A stretch of DNA of 64,000 nt, taken from NCBI GenBank assembly GCA_051362555.1, contig CM120640.1, positions 4,216,001 to 4,280,000 on the forward strand, given 5' to 3'. The notes under the pieces were generated by a model that searched no databases, was not told where the DNA came from, and saw only the letters and a list, made by a program, of their open reading frames with translations. Made by a program: the position numbers and the translations under genes. The first letter of the stretch is position 1. Each line of letters opens with the position of its first letter. This document shows, piece by piece, positions 52,101 to 64,000 of this stretch. Source of the DNA: Lingula anatina. Its lineage: Eukaryota; Animalia; Brachiopoda.

Positions 52101-55100
52101 ATTTCTGCAGAACAAGAGGTAAAAAAATCGAGCATTTATTTTTCCTCCCTCGTTTTACAGCAAAAATAACATCAAAAAATATATACAGAAAACTTATAAA
52201 TACACACTTGACAGTATAAACACTTACATTATGATTTCTCCCTTTGAACTGTTACAATACACTATACTACGTTGGGAAATACGGTTAGCTGCAGGAGAGA
52301 CCCTTCTTGTACGGATTCTTGTAGCGTTATGACCGAGAAGCATTCAAATAAGCGCGCTACTCACACAAGTAATGAAAACTACTCATAACTGTTATAGCTA
52401 AAACAAGGAATCTGTACTTACACCTTGTTTATATAAAACATGGAATCTGGCACTTACACGCATTATGGGCCCAAAGATTAATAAACTCAAAAATGGTAGT
52501 CACGAAGGTATCATGCCAGTTACAAAATATCAATAAAGAAAGGAATGGCCCCTGTGTATTCAGTGTACCTGCTACTAAAAGGTGTGAAAATAGTAATCGC
52601 ATGGGTACTGTTATTTCCCAATGTTTTTTTTTTTTTGAAAATGAATAAATTAAATAAGGATTTTCCACATGTTAACCATATAGTAATATTGATATGACCA
52701 ATAAATGGTCCTTTTTCAACAGAAACAGACTCATTATTTTTTTCAGAATTCTTCAAACACAAGAGAAACTATCCCAATGACTGCAAGATCTCCGTTAAAG
52801 ACCGGGTCTGCTTCGTATGACTCAAATGAAATAACCCCCAAAGCCCCAATAACAAATGCATCAGAGAGCAAGACTTCTACGTCCAGCAGCATCTCTGGCA
52901 CTGGGTCTACTGGAGGGTCGAGTTCTACTTCGTCTAATCAGCGCCTCAATGGTGGACGAAAACTATCTCGTCTCGACACGCAGGATGAAATCGCGATTAT
53001 CAGGATTGATGAGGAGGAGGACATGGAATCCGTTTTTGAGGATTTTGATTACGTGTATGTGTTTTTCTGTGGTGAATTGTTTTAATGTTTAAATACATGA
53101 TATATTTATTCCAGTTCCCATTAAAACCAGCAGGGGCAAATATTGTTTTTTTCAAAATGTGTAAATTTTTGACATTTTACCATAAATCGTGCCATATTGG
53201 AACATTTTCCAACTTCTGGGTCCACTGCTACATGTATTTATCTCATTGGTGTTTTAGCGATGCACGTTGGGACAGATTCAATGTGAACGACCAGGAAGAT
53301 TGGGGAGAGGGGCATTGCTATCAGAACACTCTGAAGGTTTTGAAGATATGTTTGTATCTGGTCCTGTTCCTCTTGGTGATGAGTTCAGCTTTTGTTGCCA
53401 AGATTTCCCTACTGATGATGACATCTGGCATGTACTACCTGAGACCCTTCTTACAGGACCCCAGAAATAATGGAACCATGGCTGTAAGATTTAGTATTAT
53501 GCTATCTCAATACATTCATCAATATATGCAGTAGTTTTTAATCACTCCTCTTCCCATGTTTTGAGGTAGGGTGGAGCAATTCATATGAATGTATATGTCT
53601 TGTAATCTTATGATCTTGTGAAGGAATTATGAAGGTAAACTAGTCATAAAGTTATAGACAATATCTTCTGAATTATTCAAACTTACATTTGATCAAACAA
53701 AATCTTTTGACAAAACATTTCAAGGGGCAACTTACGCTTTATTTTCTATTTTCCTCTATCTTATTTTCAGAACTCTGAGGGTTTCCATGAGATGAAGGAC
53801 ACCATCTTCACATTCCTAATTCTATGTATCACATTCCCATACTTCATCATTTTCTTGGTTTCTTTCTTCAAAACCATCTTTGGAAGTCAGCAGTGGCCAT
53901 CATACAAAATCCTTATCTTAGTAAGTATAACTACAAAGATTCTGTCGACTCATTTTCTACTGCATGAAACTAAATACACTTAAGTTGATAAGCACTTTGT
54001 TTTGCAAAAGTGAAAAAATAACAAAATTGATAGATTTTATTGTGAATAATAATAATATCACACCAAAGAGCATGTTTTTATTGTTTTTTTTTCAGGTCTT
54101 GTTCACTGAAGGTCTACATACACTGGGGCTTGTCCTGTTAGTATTCTGTGTTTTGCCATACCTGAGTCTGTTACAAGCCCTGCTGCTGGTTAATGCTACA
54201 GGTCTCATTCCTGCATTCTTCAAGTTGATTAGTCCTTTAAGGAACAACCAAGAAAAAGGAATCCGATGCACCTTGATCAAATTATTTGACTTTCTGGCAT
54301 GCCTTGCACAACTTTCTGCACCAGTTGTGTTGGTCCTCATGAAAGTCTTTGACATAGATTTTTCTGAGACAGCACTTGTCAATTTTGTTTGGCAGGCTCC
54401 TCTTGGATTGATCCTGACATCTGTGCCTCTATGGGAGAACTACACTGGCAGTAGATTTTTCGACACAAGAATAGCATTGCATGCTGGTAGGCAGAAGCTG
54501 ACCTGTGTGACCAGCTTGTTCAAATTCGGTTGCACATTCTTGTTTGCCTACTACTTGAATGTCATTAATGGCAATGAGTTGAACTTCGATATTGATGCAT
54601 TCACACTCTTGATTCAGGGGACCAACCCCAATTCAACCAACATCACCCACACCAGTGATGCAAATATATCTGTTGACCAGGTTTTCATCCAGTTGTCTCC
54701 ATTTCTGGCACAAGTGCTTGGTGTGCTGATCTGTGTGTTTTTAACACACCAGGCCTGCAAGCTGTGCATGCAGCTCATTGCCTTCTCTCTTCCAATGCTG
54801 CTGCTCTCTCCCATTGCAGTTACAATTCTTCTGGTTAATGAAACTTACAACTTCCTGCCTACTTCCCTATCTGCACCTGATGGTGCAGACAACCATGTGG
54901 TATATGTGTTTGACTTCCATCACGGACAGAAGGATTCTGTATCGTTTTCATTGACCATTATTTTGGGAGCAATCTGGTGGTTCTCCATGATGTGGATATC
55001 CAGACACATCTGGTTTCCTCAGTCCAATAGATTTGCCAGGAATGAAGAGTAAGTATTGAATTCTCCCCATTTTTTTCAAATAAATGTGAAAAAGATTGTT

Positions 55101-58100
55101 CCTTCGTCCCTTTGCATGTTTTGTATAACTTATAATTGTTCAAGCGAATACATTCTGGAAATAATGATAAAAAATTGCTCCTTTAACATGCAAGGTCAAA
55201 GAAATGTTGAAGAGTATATCTGATCTAAATCTCCTAAATGCTGGTGGATTTCTTGATTACAATTGCTGTCCTGCATATTTTCTTAATTGATATAATGATA
55301 ATGAAAATATTCATGTGTACTTTTCTAGCCTTTTTGTCTCCTCATTCTACTGTGGTGCCCTCATTGACATATGGAACATGTGTAATCGGAGAAGCCACGA
55401 CAAGGAGAAGTACCTTAAATGGAAGGCAGAAGACTTTGAAAAGTACTTCAAAAAAGAAGTGCCGAGTGGAGATTACCTCTTGGCATCAATGACCTCATCT
55501 GAGCTGAAAAGTATGAAAGGAGAGGATTCTACTGACAGTGCAGTTCCAATGATTTATGCCTGTGCTACAATGTGGCATGAAACGAGAGTAGAGATGACAC
55601 AACTGATGAAGTCCATTCTAAAGTAGGTCCACCTCCTGAGAATTAATTTAAAAAGTTAAAAACATTCAAACCTTTTTTGAAAGAAAGTTACGTTTAATGC
55701 ATTAGATACCTCGAGCTCTTTACAAAGTCTATTTTTGGATTATTGTGATGGTGCTAAGTTAACAGTACAAGTAGCAATAAATGATATTATCTGGGCATTT
55801 TCTCATCAATTGTCTTTTTCTTTCATAGAATGGACGAGGACCAAAATGTGAGGAGATTACAAAGAGAACATTTCAAGATAAAAGATCCAGATTACTATGA
55901 ATTGGAAAGTAAGTTAAAATAAAGCTTACCTGTATAACAGTAGAGACAGGTAAAAATAACATAATTACATAGTAGAAAAAATGTTGTTAAAATTATAAAT
56001 AGGCACAATATTAAAATTTAAATTCATTTCCAGCTCATATTTTATTTGATGATGCAATGGGGAAGAATGCAGAAAACCAGTGGGTGCCGAACAGCTTTGT
56101 GCAACAGTTTGTGGAAGTGATGGATGAAGTTTTGAGGTAAATGAATATTTCAAAGTCAAATAAAAAGTGCAAAGATGGTTTGTATGCTCTTGTGTATGCT
56201 TTTCCAGTGAGGAGAGGAAAAAAAAAACTACCTTACTCACAAATCTAACAGCAAAATGACTGGCCACCTATAGTCTGTACAGAGATGGTTTTATTTTGAC
56301 CATTCCAGAAATCTGAAGAATTCACATCAAAAGATGGGGCATTTAAATTAGACGTTTTTGAGCATTCTGAACTCGGCATACATTATGTTTTTCTAAAACT
56401 CCTGTTATTTCAAGAACCATGTGAAACTGCAGGAAAGAATGAATTTGTAGAATAAAGTACAGCAAGAGTTCCAAACTACCAGTACATATGAGCACCAAAG
56501 TATATACAAGAATGTTTTAAAGAGAGGGGTTTCAAGAGCATGACTCTTAATAGTTCACATAGCTATCTTATAAGTTGTATATTTTCAGTGATGTGGTATG
56601 CACGGCAGATGGCAAAGCTTTCAAACCACCCACCAAATGGACCACTCCATACGGAGGTCGCCTTGAGTGGACTCTCCCTGGAGGAACTAAACTGATCACA
56701 CACCTTAAAAACAAAAATAAAATTAGGCATCGCAAGAGATGGTCACAGGTAAAAATTGAACTTTTTAAAAATATTACAGTATGTACTACTTGTAAGAAAG
56801 ATTTTTTCTTTACTGCAAGACTGGCAGAGCATATTTGAAACAGGTGCTACTATAGTTGTAACTTGTAAATGTATAATGTAGGTACAGCTATCTTTGTTAT
56901 AGAAAAGCAATTGCATACTACACGGAATATTATCCTTAGGTGCTAGAATCAATAAAACTGTTCGATTGGCAGATAAAATTTATTCAAAATACATTCACTA
57001 AAATAACGTTAGGTAATGAAAAACATTAAAATGATACCTATAAAATCATTCTTTTCATTTTTATGTCCTTCTTATACATTAACTTTACCAATGACACTAC
57101 TTTCCAGGTGATGTACATGTACTACCTTTTGGGCTTTAAGACCCTTCAGGACAATTCAATGGGAAATTCCCACGAAATTGTAAGTAACAGTCCAAACTCC
57201 ATTTTATATTAATTTGGAGTGAGTGAAATTATAAAGTGTGATATTGTGCATTTAAGTACATATCCGCATAACAACACAAGTGAAATCTATAATTTACCTT
57301 CATTTTTTCCTCTATCTTGTCACTTCTTGATGAAGGTACCAGTAAGACTGGAGGCATATTTGTAATGATAGGCTTGAATTATGGTGGTCTTTACTGTGCT
57401 ACATGCACATAATTTCTTTCTAAATCGACATTTAAGGCTGACAATACATTCCTCCTGGCCTTAGATGGAGATGTGGACTTCAAACCAGATGCAGTCAGTA
57501 TGTTGGTGGATAAGATGAAGAAAAACCCCTTGGTTGGCGCAGTGTGTGGACGCATTCACCCTATTGGAACCGGTAGGTTTTACTTTTGTGAAGAGCACTC
57601 TCCACCTGACTAGTTTAAACAATTGCATGATACCTTATGAAGATAGCTTTATTAAACAGAATAAGTACAGCAACTCTTGACAATCAATACAATACTATGT
57701 AAGTATTGCTAAAATTAATCGGTTTCAATACTAAGGCATATCAAATATGCAGGGTAAAGTTGCCTTTCTCTAAAAATGTGAGCACCTTGAGATATAAGGG
57801 ATGTTTTATATTTTGAATTTTCTTTTGCATATTTCAGGTCCTATGGTGTGGTATCAAATGTTTGAGTATGCCATTGGCCATTGGCTTCAGAAAGCTACAG
57901 AGCACGTGTTGGGCTGTGTACTGTGCAGTCCTGGATGCTTCAGTTTGTTCAGGGGATCTGCACTAATGGATGACAATGTCATGAAGCGATATACTCAGAA
58001 GCCAGAGCAAGCATCGCATTACGTCCAGTATGACCAAGGTCTGTATAAAACTGATGAAAAACTTGCTAAATGTTTAAGTATGTAACCCAAGATATTTGAA

Positions 58101-60468
58101 AAAAGTCCAATGTTTATCCTATTTTAAAATTTCTTGCTACAGGAGAGGATCGCTGGTTGTGTACCTTACTGCTACAGAGAGGCTACCGTGTAGATTACGT
58201 GGCTGCTTCAGATGCTCTGACTTATGCTCCTGAAACTTTCAATGAATTCTTTAATCAAAGAAGGCGCTGGCTTCCATCCACAATGGCAAATATCTTGGAT
58301 CTATTGAAAGACTACAAAAATACTGTTCGCCGGAATAACAACATCAGTTATCTCTACATTGCATATCAGTTCATCCTGATGGTGACAACAGTTCTGGGAC
58401 CTGCAACAGTGGCATTGATGATTGCAAGCTCTATCCGTTCCTTGTTCCCATTTCTCGATGTTTATTTGTCAAACCTGATAGCATCTGGACCCTTGATCAT
58501 TTTCTTCATCATCTGCTTTGTTGCCAAACCTCCCACCCAGTTATTTGTGGCAGGGATCCTTAGTGCACTCTATGCTCTTCTCATGATGGCAGTCATAGTA
58601 GGGACTGTGGTGACAGCTGTGACAGATGGGTTCTTTAATCCTTCTGTGGTCTTTTTGATTGGTCTCAGTGGGGTTTACTTGGTTTCTGGACTGATCCATC
58701 CCAAGGAATTTTTCTGTCTTATTCACGGGGTTCTCTACTTTCTCTGCATTCCATCAGGTTATTTGATCCTGGTCATTTACTCCTTATGTAATCTTAATGT
58801 GGTCAGCTGGGGTACCAGGGAAGGTCCTGCCAAACAAGCTTCAGCACAAAAGGAAAGTCCAAAGTCCAAGGGACTTCTATCCCTTTTTAAAAGTGGTGGG
58901 TTACAAGAGCTGAAAGAGTTGTTTGGAGGGAAAAACAGTGATGCCCAACAAAGGATTATCAAACTGCTTGAAAACTTGGATGAAAAGGTAAAATATTTAA
59001 TTGCCAAAGACAAAAAACCCAAGAATGATGTTGAATTGGGAGACTATGACACACCTGAGAATATGAACACAGACACAATACCTGAAAAAGTGTTTGAAAA
59101 GCCCGAGTTAAAACCAAGCCAACCAGAACCTCAGGAGTCTAAACAAGAAGATGGTGATTTTTGGGCAAAGCAACCATGGCTAGGGTCAGGAAAAGAAAAA
59201 CAAATAACAAACCAGGAAAACACCTTTTGGAAAAACTTCATTGAGAAGTATCTCTATCCTCTTGAAAATGACCCAGAAGAACAGAAGAGAATTGCAGCTG
59301 AACTGAAATCATTAAGAAATGATGTGAACTTCGCTTTTTGGATGATCAACGCCATTTGGATGGTATTGAACATGGCTCTGCAAGATCAACGTACAAAGCA
59401 GCTGCTGAGCTTCAGATTGGGCGCTGACACAACTGGCAACAATATCAATGTAGAAATTGTCAGTTTTGTTTTCTTGATCACATTTGCAGTTATTCTGTTG
59501 TTCCAAGTATTTGGAATGTTTGTCCACCGCTGGGGTACCTTTGTGCATCTTATGTCCTTCACATCCCTTTCTTTGAAATCATTTCGTAGGATGGACATAG
59601 AGGACATCGATAAGAGTGAATTTGATGAAGAGGACTTGCCTCAGGTTTTAAGCTTCACAAGACAGTTGGTAAGAGAGCAGCTGTTGGAAGAACCAGAGCC
59701 AGACTACGACTGGAGCGATGAAGATGATGACAGCACGTACTGTACAAGGGGCCATGCTTATCACAATACATATGAAGATTTACCAGAGGAATCCATTTAT
59801 GAAGAAATTCCTAAAGGTCCAGATCTGCTACGTTCCTTGAAGAGGGGCATGACAGAACGCAGAAACAGAGGTCAGACGGAAAAAAGGGACGTTCGTAGAC
59901 GTCGTCTCCCAAGACGTGACTGGGATGAAGTTGGTCAGCAGCAAACTAGCTTTAAACACAGGGTTGTTCCACAGTTGAGGTTCCTGGACAATGTGAAGAA
60001 TATGATGCCTCCCCAGATTCCACAGAGAGGAATCAGTCGTAACCGCCCAACAAGATACCAATCAAGATATAATGGCCAACGTTTTGGAAATAAAAGGTAA
60101 TTTAAAATTACTTTCTCCAGAGCAAAGTAGTAAATATTAATGGAGATGACACAAATATAATTACAGCAGTTACATCAATACTGCACAAGAAAAATCAATA
60201 AAAATGCATATAAAATATTTGTCAGAAATGCACTTCGTCCAAGCACATAAAAAATATAACATTGGTTCATGAACACTGCCTTAATCTTTTTAAATTCAGG
60301 GATATCTTTGGTCGAGCATTTGAAAGAGGGCTATCCAAGTACATTCGATATTCTCAGAAGAAGGCGAGACGTAGCGTCCCTCACAATGGTAGGATTACTG
60401 AAAACCATACATCTACCAATGAAACACGCTATATGGTCAATAGTCATGACGACTTCACTTACTTGTAA
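38302..60468 (+). CDS. CHS: Chitin synthase with N-terminal myosin motor domain and IQ motif (lophotrochozoan myosin-CHS type), 31 coding exons
   Basis: Exons 38302-38406, 38606-38671, 38886-39110, 39366-39480, 39584-39731, 47524-47638, 47804-47930, 48088-48159, 48389-48530, 48873-49098, 49286-49450, 49707-49849, 50151-50219, 50383-50431, 50604-50659, 50889-51038, 51586-51688, 51876-52118, 52747-53054, 53258-53483, 53771-53920, 54096-55048, 55329-55622, 55829-55908, 56034-56136, 56589-56748, 57108-57179, 57437-57572, 57838-58038, 58143-60096, 60300-60468. Myosin motifs: [21 protein letters not shown]-loop [19 protein letters not shown], switch [17 protein letters not shown], switch II DISGFE, RCLKPN, IQ motif [14 protein letters not shown] motifs: [63 protein letters not shown]. 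Confidence 0.96.
40169..41828 (-). mobile_element. Full-length degenerate Tc1/mariner (Tc1-like) DNA transposon in chitin synthase intron 5
   Basis: 28-bp perfect TIRs CAGACTTGACATTTAATATGGAATATTT / AAATATTCCATATTAAATGTCAAGTCTG, flanked by TA. Minus-strand transposase remnants: HTH-like [26 protein letters not shown]; [20 protein letters not shown] (cf. FSDESRF..DGR.RVWR); [24 protein letters not shown]; [11 protein letters not shown] (cf. QQDNAPAHRA); [16 protein letters not shown] (cf. WPSKSPDLNPIEN). Multiple stops and frameshifts. Confidence 0.9.
41829..41879. repeat. (TA)n microsatellite abutting the right TIR of the Tc1-like element
   Basis: Seen directly; starts at the TA target site. 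Confidence 0.95.
42033..43082 (-). pseudogene. Decayed intronless fragment of a PC-esterase/NXPE-like (SGNH-type) gene
   Basis: ORFs 42858-43082, 42540-42806 and 42033-42413 share one frame broken by stops. Reading through the TAG at 42540-42542 gives [13 protein letters not shown]...[22 protein letters not shown]...[11 protein letters not shown]: a GDS nucleophile motif plus a DxxxxxxGxHD block typical of PC-esterase-like proteins. No C-terminal DxxH is visible. Confidence 0.55.
43553..45489 (-). CDS. Small secreted EF-hand calcium-binding protein (~150 aa), nested antisense in chitin synthase intron 5
   Basis: Exons 45489-45428, 45105-44960, 44791-44627, 43950-43904, 43585-43553 (453 nt, all GT-AG, phases consistent). 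Protein: [150 protein letters not shown]. Four EF-hand-like loops: [48 protein letters not shown]. Confidence 0.85.
44007..44146. repeat. Interrupted (AT)n microsatellite with duplicated CATCATTAAAC spacer
   Basis: Seen directly; explains the spurious YIYIYI ORF. Confidence 0.95.
49126..49190. repeat. Compound (TG)n(AG)n microsatellite
   Basis: Seen directly. Confidence 0.9.
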
Positions 60469-60728
60469 ATGAATGAACATGTTTCAATCTGATGATAATC
60501 AGGAAGAATTTGTAAAGGAAGAGATTGAACAGTTATTGCTATTCAAGATAAATTAGTTACAAAAAATTGTTACATGGTATATGAACATATTCATTTATTA
60601 ATCATGCGTATATTACGGAGTAAACAAATTCAATTAGTTTATACGGTAATGACTTGATCTTTTCTCTGGGAAAATTTATCTAACTTTCAGATACATGAAT
60701 TTGGAATCATTGAAAATATGTTTTTAGT

Positions 60729-61042
60729 AGCATTTGTTGTGCTTTTACTTATAGAATGGAACTACAGAGTAGCCTGCCATTTAATTTTGTTGCAACCTCT
60801 AAATAGGAATGTTGTGATTTTAAGAATTATTGACTTAAAAAATAGTATCTTTACAATTCACAATTTTCCCCATTGAAAATATTTGAAAGCATTTGTTGTG
60901 CTTTTACTTATAGAATGGAACTACAGAGTAGCCTGCCATTTAATTTTGTTGCAACCTCTAAATAGGAATGTTGTGATTTTAAGAATTATTGACTTAAACA
61001 ATAGTATCTTTACAATTCACAATTTTCCCCATTGAAAATATT
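60729..61042. repeat. Near-perfect direct tandem duplication (2 x ~155 bp, period 159)
   Basis: 60729-60883 and 60888-61042 differ at one position seen (ttaaaaaatag vs ttaaacaatag). Confidence 0.95.
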
Positions 61043-61343
61043 GAGTCATTTCTGCCTGTTAGTTCCAAAAATATATCATAGCATTTTACCTTTTTGCATT
61101 TACACATGTACTAAATAGCACTTACACAGGTACTTTCACCTGCCTTTATTGAAAAAAAACAAAATTAAACAAATATTTTCATCATAATCACCAGAAAAAA
61201 GTTATGGATGTCACTATTTATATTTATATACTGAAAATAACAATATTATAATGATGTTTTTTTTAACACACTGGCAGATCTACTGTTCTTACCACAGTCA
61301 GAGAAAAGAAATCAACTCTTAAGCTTGTAGGGAACAAAGGGGG

Positions 61344-61510
61344 GTGTTCAGAATAAAGTTATCGTACCAGCAGGAACGATCTATCTTTGCAGGGATTCTC
61401 ACTAAGGTGCATTCAATGTAATAAAATTAATTGTCTGGCATGCCCCTGCAAGAAGCTAGTTTATTAAATGAAAGTTAATTACCTCCTAGCTTTTAGTTTA
61501 TTCTGAATAC
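61344..61510. mobile_element. MITE-like element related to the 24184-24437 palindrome
   Basis: Inverted termini GTGTTCAGAATAAA / TTTATTCTGAATAC. Internal gatctatctttgcagggattctcactaaggtgcattcaa resembles gatctatctccaagggtattcttgctaaagtgcaatcaa at ~24219. Confidence 0.5.
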
Positions 61511-61920
61511 TTTCAAAGAAAACTTCATAAATTTTCTTTAATATTTTATCTGATAAATTTTTCATATTATATTTTTGAAGCACATACTATTTTTATATAA
61601 AAATTAAGTTCTTTCTCTAAACTAGTTATATCAAAATATACATATATACGGTTGGTTTTTTAACCACAATGTATTGTTCATATTAGTTAAATAAAGTAAT
61701 GTATAGTTCAACTTATTACTGTTACCTTGTTTCAAACTTTTAAGTTGTAACCTTTTATCAAAGAAAGAGATGAAAAATGAGGAGACTTAACAGTGGCACA
61801 ACTGTACTCTTAACTAAGTAAAACCAACAGTGGCATTTCAATTGAAGAAAGTGTGAAAAAATGCAAATAAATAAATGTAGTCAATTCAATCAAAAATTGC
61901 GAGGATTTTTGACATCATGT

Positions 61921-63770
61921 TCAGTACAACTTCTTTCCCAGAAGCTCTGTGTCCAGCCATTTTGCTCTCCATTCATCTGCTCCTAACAATGCATAGGATG
62001 TTAACCAACCTTCCCTTGGCAACTCGGCCATGAACACGGGGTAGAGTCTTGATACTAGTCTACATGATTCCTCTAACACTTCTGCACAATTTCCTATTAC
62101 GAAAAAGAGCCGATTCACTTAAAATGATGAGCCTCAAAAAATTATAATAAATAAACATTTCAAATATTTAATTCAATTGTTATGTAGCAATCAATGAATG
62201 TAATCCATAACATCCAATACCTATACCAATTTGGCAGATAGAATACCAAGAACAGTGATGAGATTAAGTTTTAAAACTGGACAGACAAAAAAGAAAAAAA
62301 AAATTATATTTAAGTGCAAGGTATTTTTGACTCAGTTCTGTCTTGTGTTTGGAGTTCATAAGATTTTCCAGTCCCAAGGTGAAGCATTTATGTTACAAAT
62401 AGGGAGGCTGAATCCATTCCTTCCTCAAGTACATAAATATGTACCGTAAATATTAAAGTTTGATTTTCAATCACCTACCATTTTCTGCTATAGCAACTAC
62501 ATTTTGAAAATCTTCATTAATGTTTTCCTGAAACACACACAAAAAAAAAGAAAAAAAATCCTTAATTAGTGTAACTGTGAACCATCAAGATTTTTATTTA
62601 TATGTTTTAACAACATTCATTTTAACACACATTTACCTCCTCCTAATGTTTCTTCAGTGATTCACTTAAGTCCAGTTACTGCTGAATAGAGACAGACATT
62701 GGATGCAAAGCGTTTTCCTTAAGGATATTGTGAGACCTGGATGTAAGCAGATTGGAACAAAATACCTCCATGCATGAAGTGTGACATGGCTTCCACTCAA
62801 CAATCCTTACCTATAAAGTGCTCTCACCTTTTTTCCTATTTTTTCCACAATAAAGTTTACAAGTTCAGCATGGAAACATGCCTTAATCTGGGAATCAACT
62901 GTTTGTGTTTCATGGAGAAGAATGTATATTTTTCCTGTAAAACGAGAAAAGGCTGTTATGATTTCATGTTAAAACTCACATGTAGGAGAGGTGAGTAATT
63001 AATTTGCCAAATCACTGATAAAAGTTTATAAGTCATCTGCTTTTTAGTTTTTTCCTTTATAGATAATTAACATCAAGTTAATATTAAACAACCTAAATGA
63101 ATACAATTCTAATTTTAGTCCTTCATTTACAACAAAAAAGTTTTCCTACCTGTACTAAGGTCCAGATCAAGTATATATCTATCACCAGCATAAATCTTTT
63201 TTAGTTTACTGAATTCACTGGGACTGAAATATAGAAATTATTGCATTTTGATATTCAACACTAAATATATGCTGCTATTTTGTTATACAGTTTATACTGA
63301 AGAATAATAACAAAATTAAATAAATAAATAGAGAAATAAATAATCATTTATAGTGAGATACACAACTTACAGTACCTTTTCATCATAGCTGCAAATGAGG
63401 TTCCTAGAAATATTTCTAATTTTCTTCTGGTTCCTAAAATCAAGAAAAGGTCATAAAATAGGTTGTAAGCTTCATCAAGTTGTTTTTAACACTAAAAATT
63501 GGAATCAGCTTGGTACCCTTTGTTCCTGAACATCACAGCTAGGCAAAAATATACTTACTCCATAAAACAGGTTCTTGCATGTTAACTATCTTAACAGGAA
63601 GTATATCACTACTGATGGCACCATGGAATGTCGTCTGAGCTTGTAGATAATGCTGAACAAGAATATGCAACCTGGCTTGATTCAAGGTCTCCATTTTCAC
63701 TGCTTTGACAGCCATGAAGTTGGAGAATAAGTGCAGCATAGTAAACAGGAAAAAGAGTACCCATGTCAAC
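61921..63770 (-). CDS. RUSF1: RUS1 family protein (C16orf58/RUSF1 homolog, DUF647), 3' part; 5' exons lie beyond the window
   Basis: Exons 63770-63559, 63433-63376, 63223-63150, 62934-62828, 62527-62479, 62093-61921, phase-consistent. LHLFSNFMAVKAVKMETLNQARLHILVQHYL and C-terminal GWLTSYALLGADEWRAKW match RUS1-family motifs. Confidence 0.88.
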
Positions 63771-64000
63771 CTGGAAGATGTAAACATAAAAACAACTGAA
63801 GCAACCTTTGACATCTTGTGCACTTCAGTTACATAAAAGTAATCCCATGTGATAAAAGTGTCTTTTGCAAATCACGTATCTCCCTTTGTGGAAAGAATAT
63901 TTTCTTTTACTAGAAATGAGTACCACTCAGCAACAATTAAGAAACCATAACATTTGGAAAAATATAACATGGGTATAACAATCAGTACCAGGGAAAAATA

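Noticed and set aside
11964-57436. Apparent excess of AAG splice acceptors (about 8 in the window)
   Set aside because: Sample too small and AT-rich background; cannot be called unusual without genome-wide counts.
945-63770. Whole window as a functional actin/chitin/biomineralisation gene cluster
   Set aside because: Gene adjacency in animal genomes is weak evidence; nothing in the sequence shows co-regulation of cortactin, GMC, CHS and RUSF1.
1-64000. CRISPR arrays, tRNA/rRNA genes, prokaryotic operons
   Set aside because: Eukaryotic spliced genes throughout; no repeat-spacer array or recognisable structural RNA seen by eye.

Overview
AT-rich, intron-rich animal genomic DNA, most likely lophotrochozoan (mollusc-like, inferred from the myosin-motor chitin synthase). 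In order: (1) a single-coding-exon LRR/transmembrane gene resembling trophoblast glycoprotein 5T4/TPBG (+); (2) cortactin (-, 15 coding exons, 6.5 repeats); (3) a membrane-anchored GMC oxidoreductase (glucose dehydrogenase-like, +); (4) a 31-exon myosin-head chitin synthase (+); (5) the 3' half of a RUS1/RUSF1-family gene (-). The main signal is in the GMC gene: its 8th coding exon exists as at least five intact, divergent, phase-matched copies (25230-30325). Only one can be spliced in frame, so this looks like a mutually exclusive exon array diversifying part of the substrate-binding domain. The two youngest copies arose by a visible ~2.1-2.3 kb tandem duplication. The 7.8 kb fifth coding intron of the chitin synthase carries three antisense passengers: an intact-looking secreted 4-EF-hand protein gene, a decayed PC-esterase/NXPE-like ORF and a full-length fossil Tc1-like transposon. 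Exon boundaries were read by hand from splice signals and protein homology; no transcript data or database searches were available.
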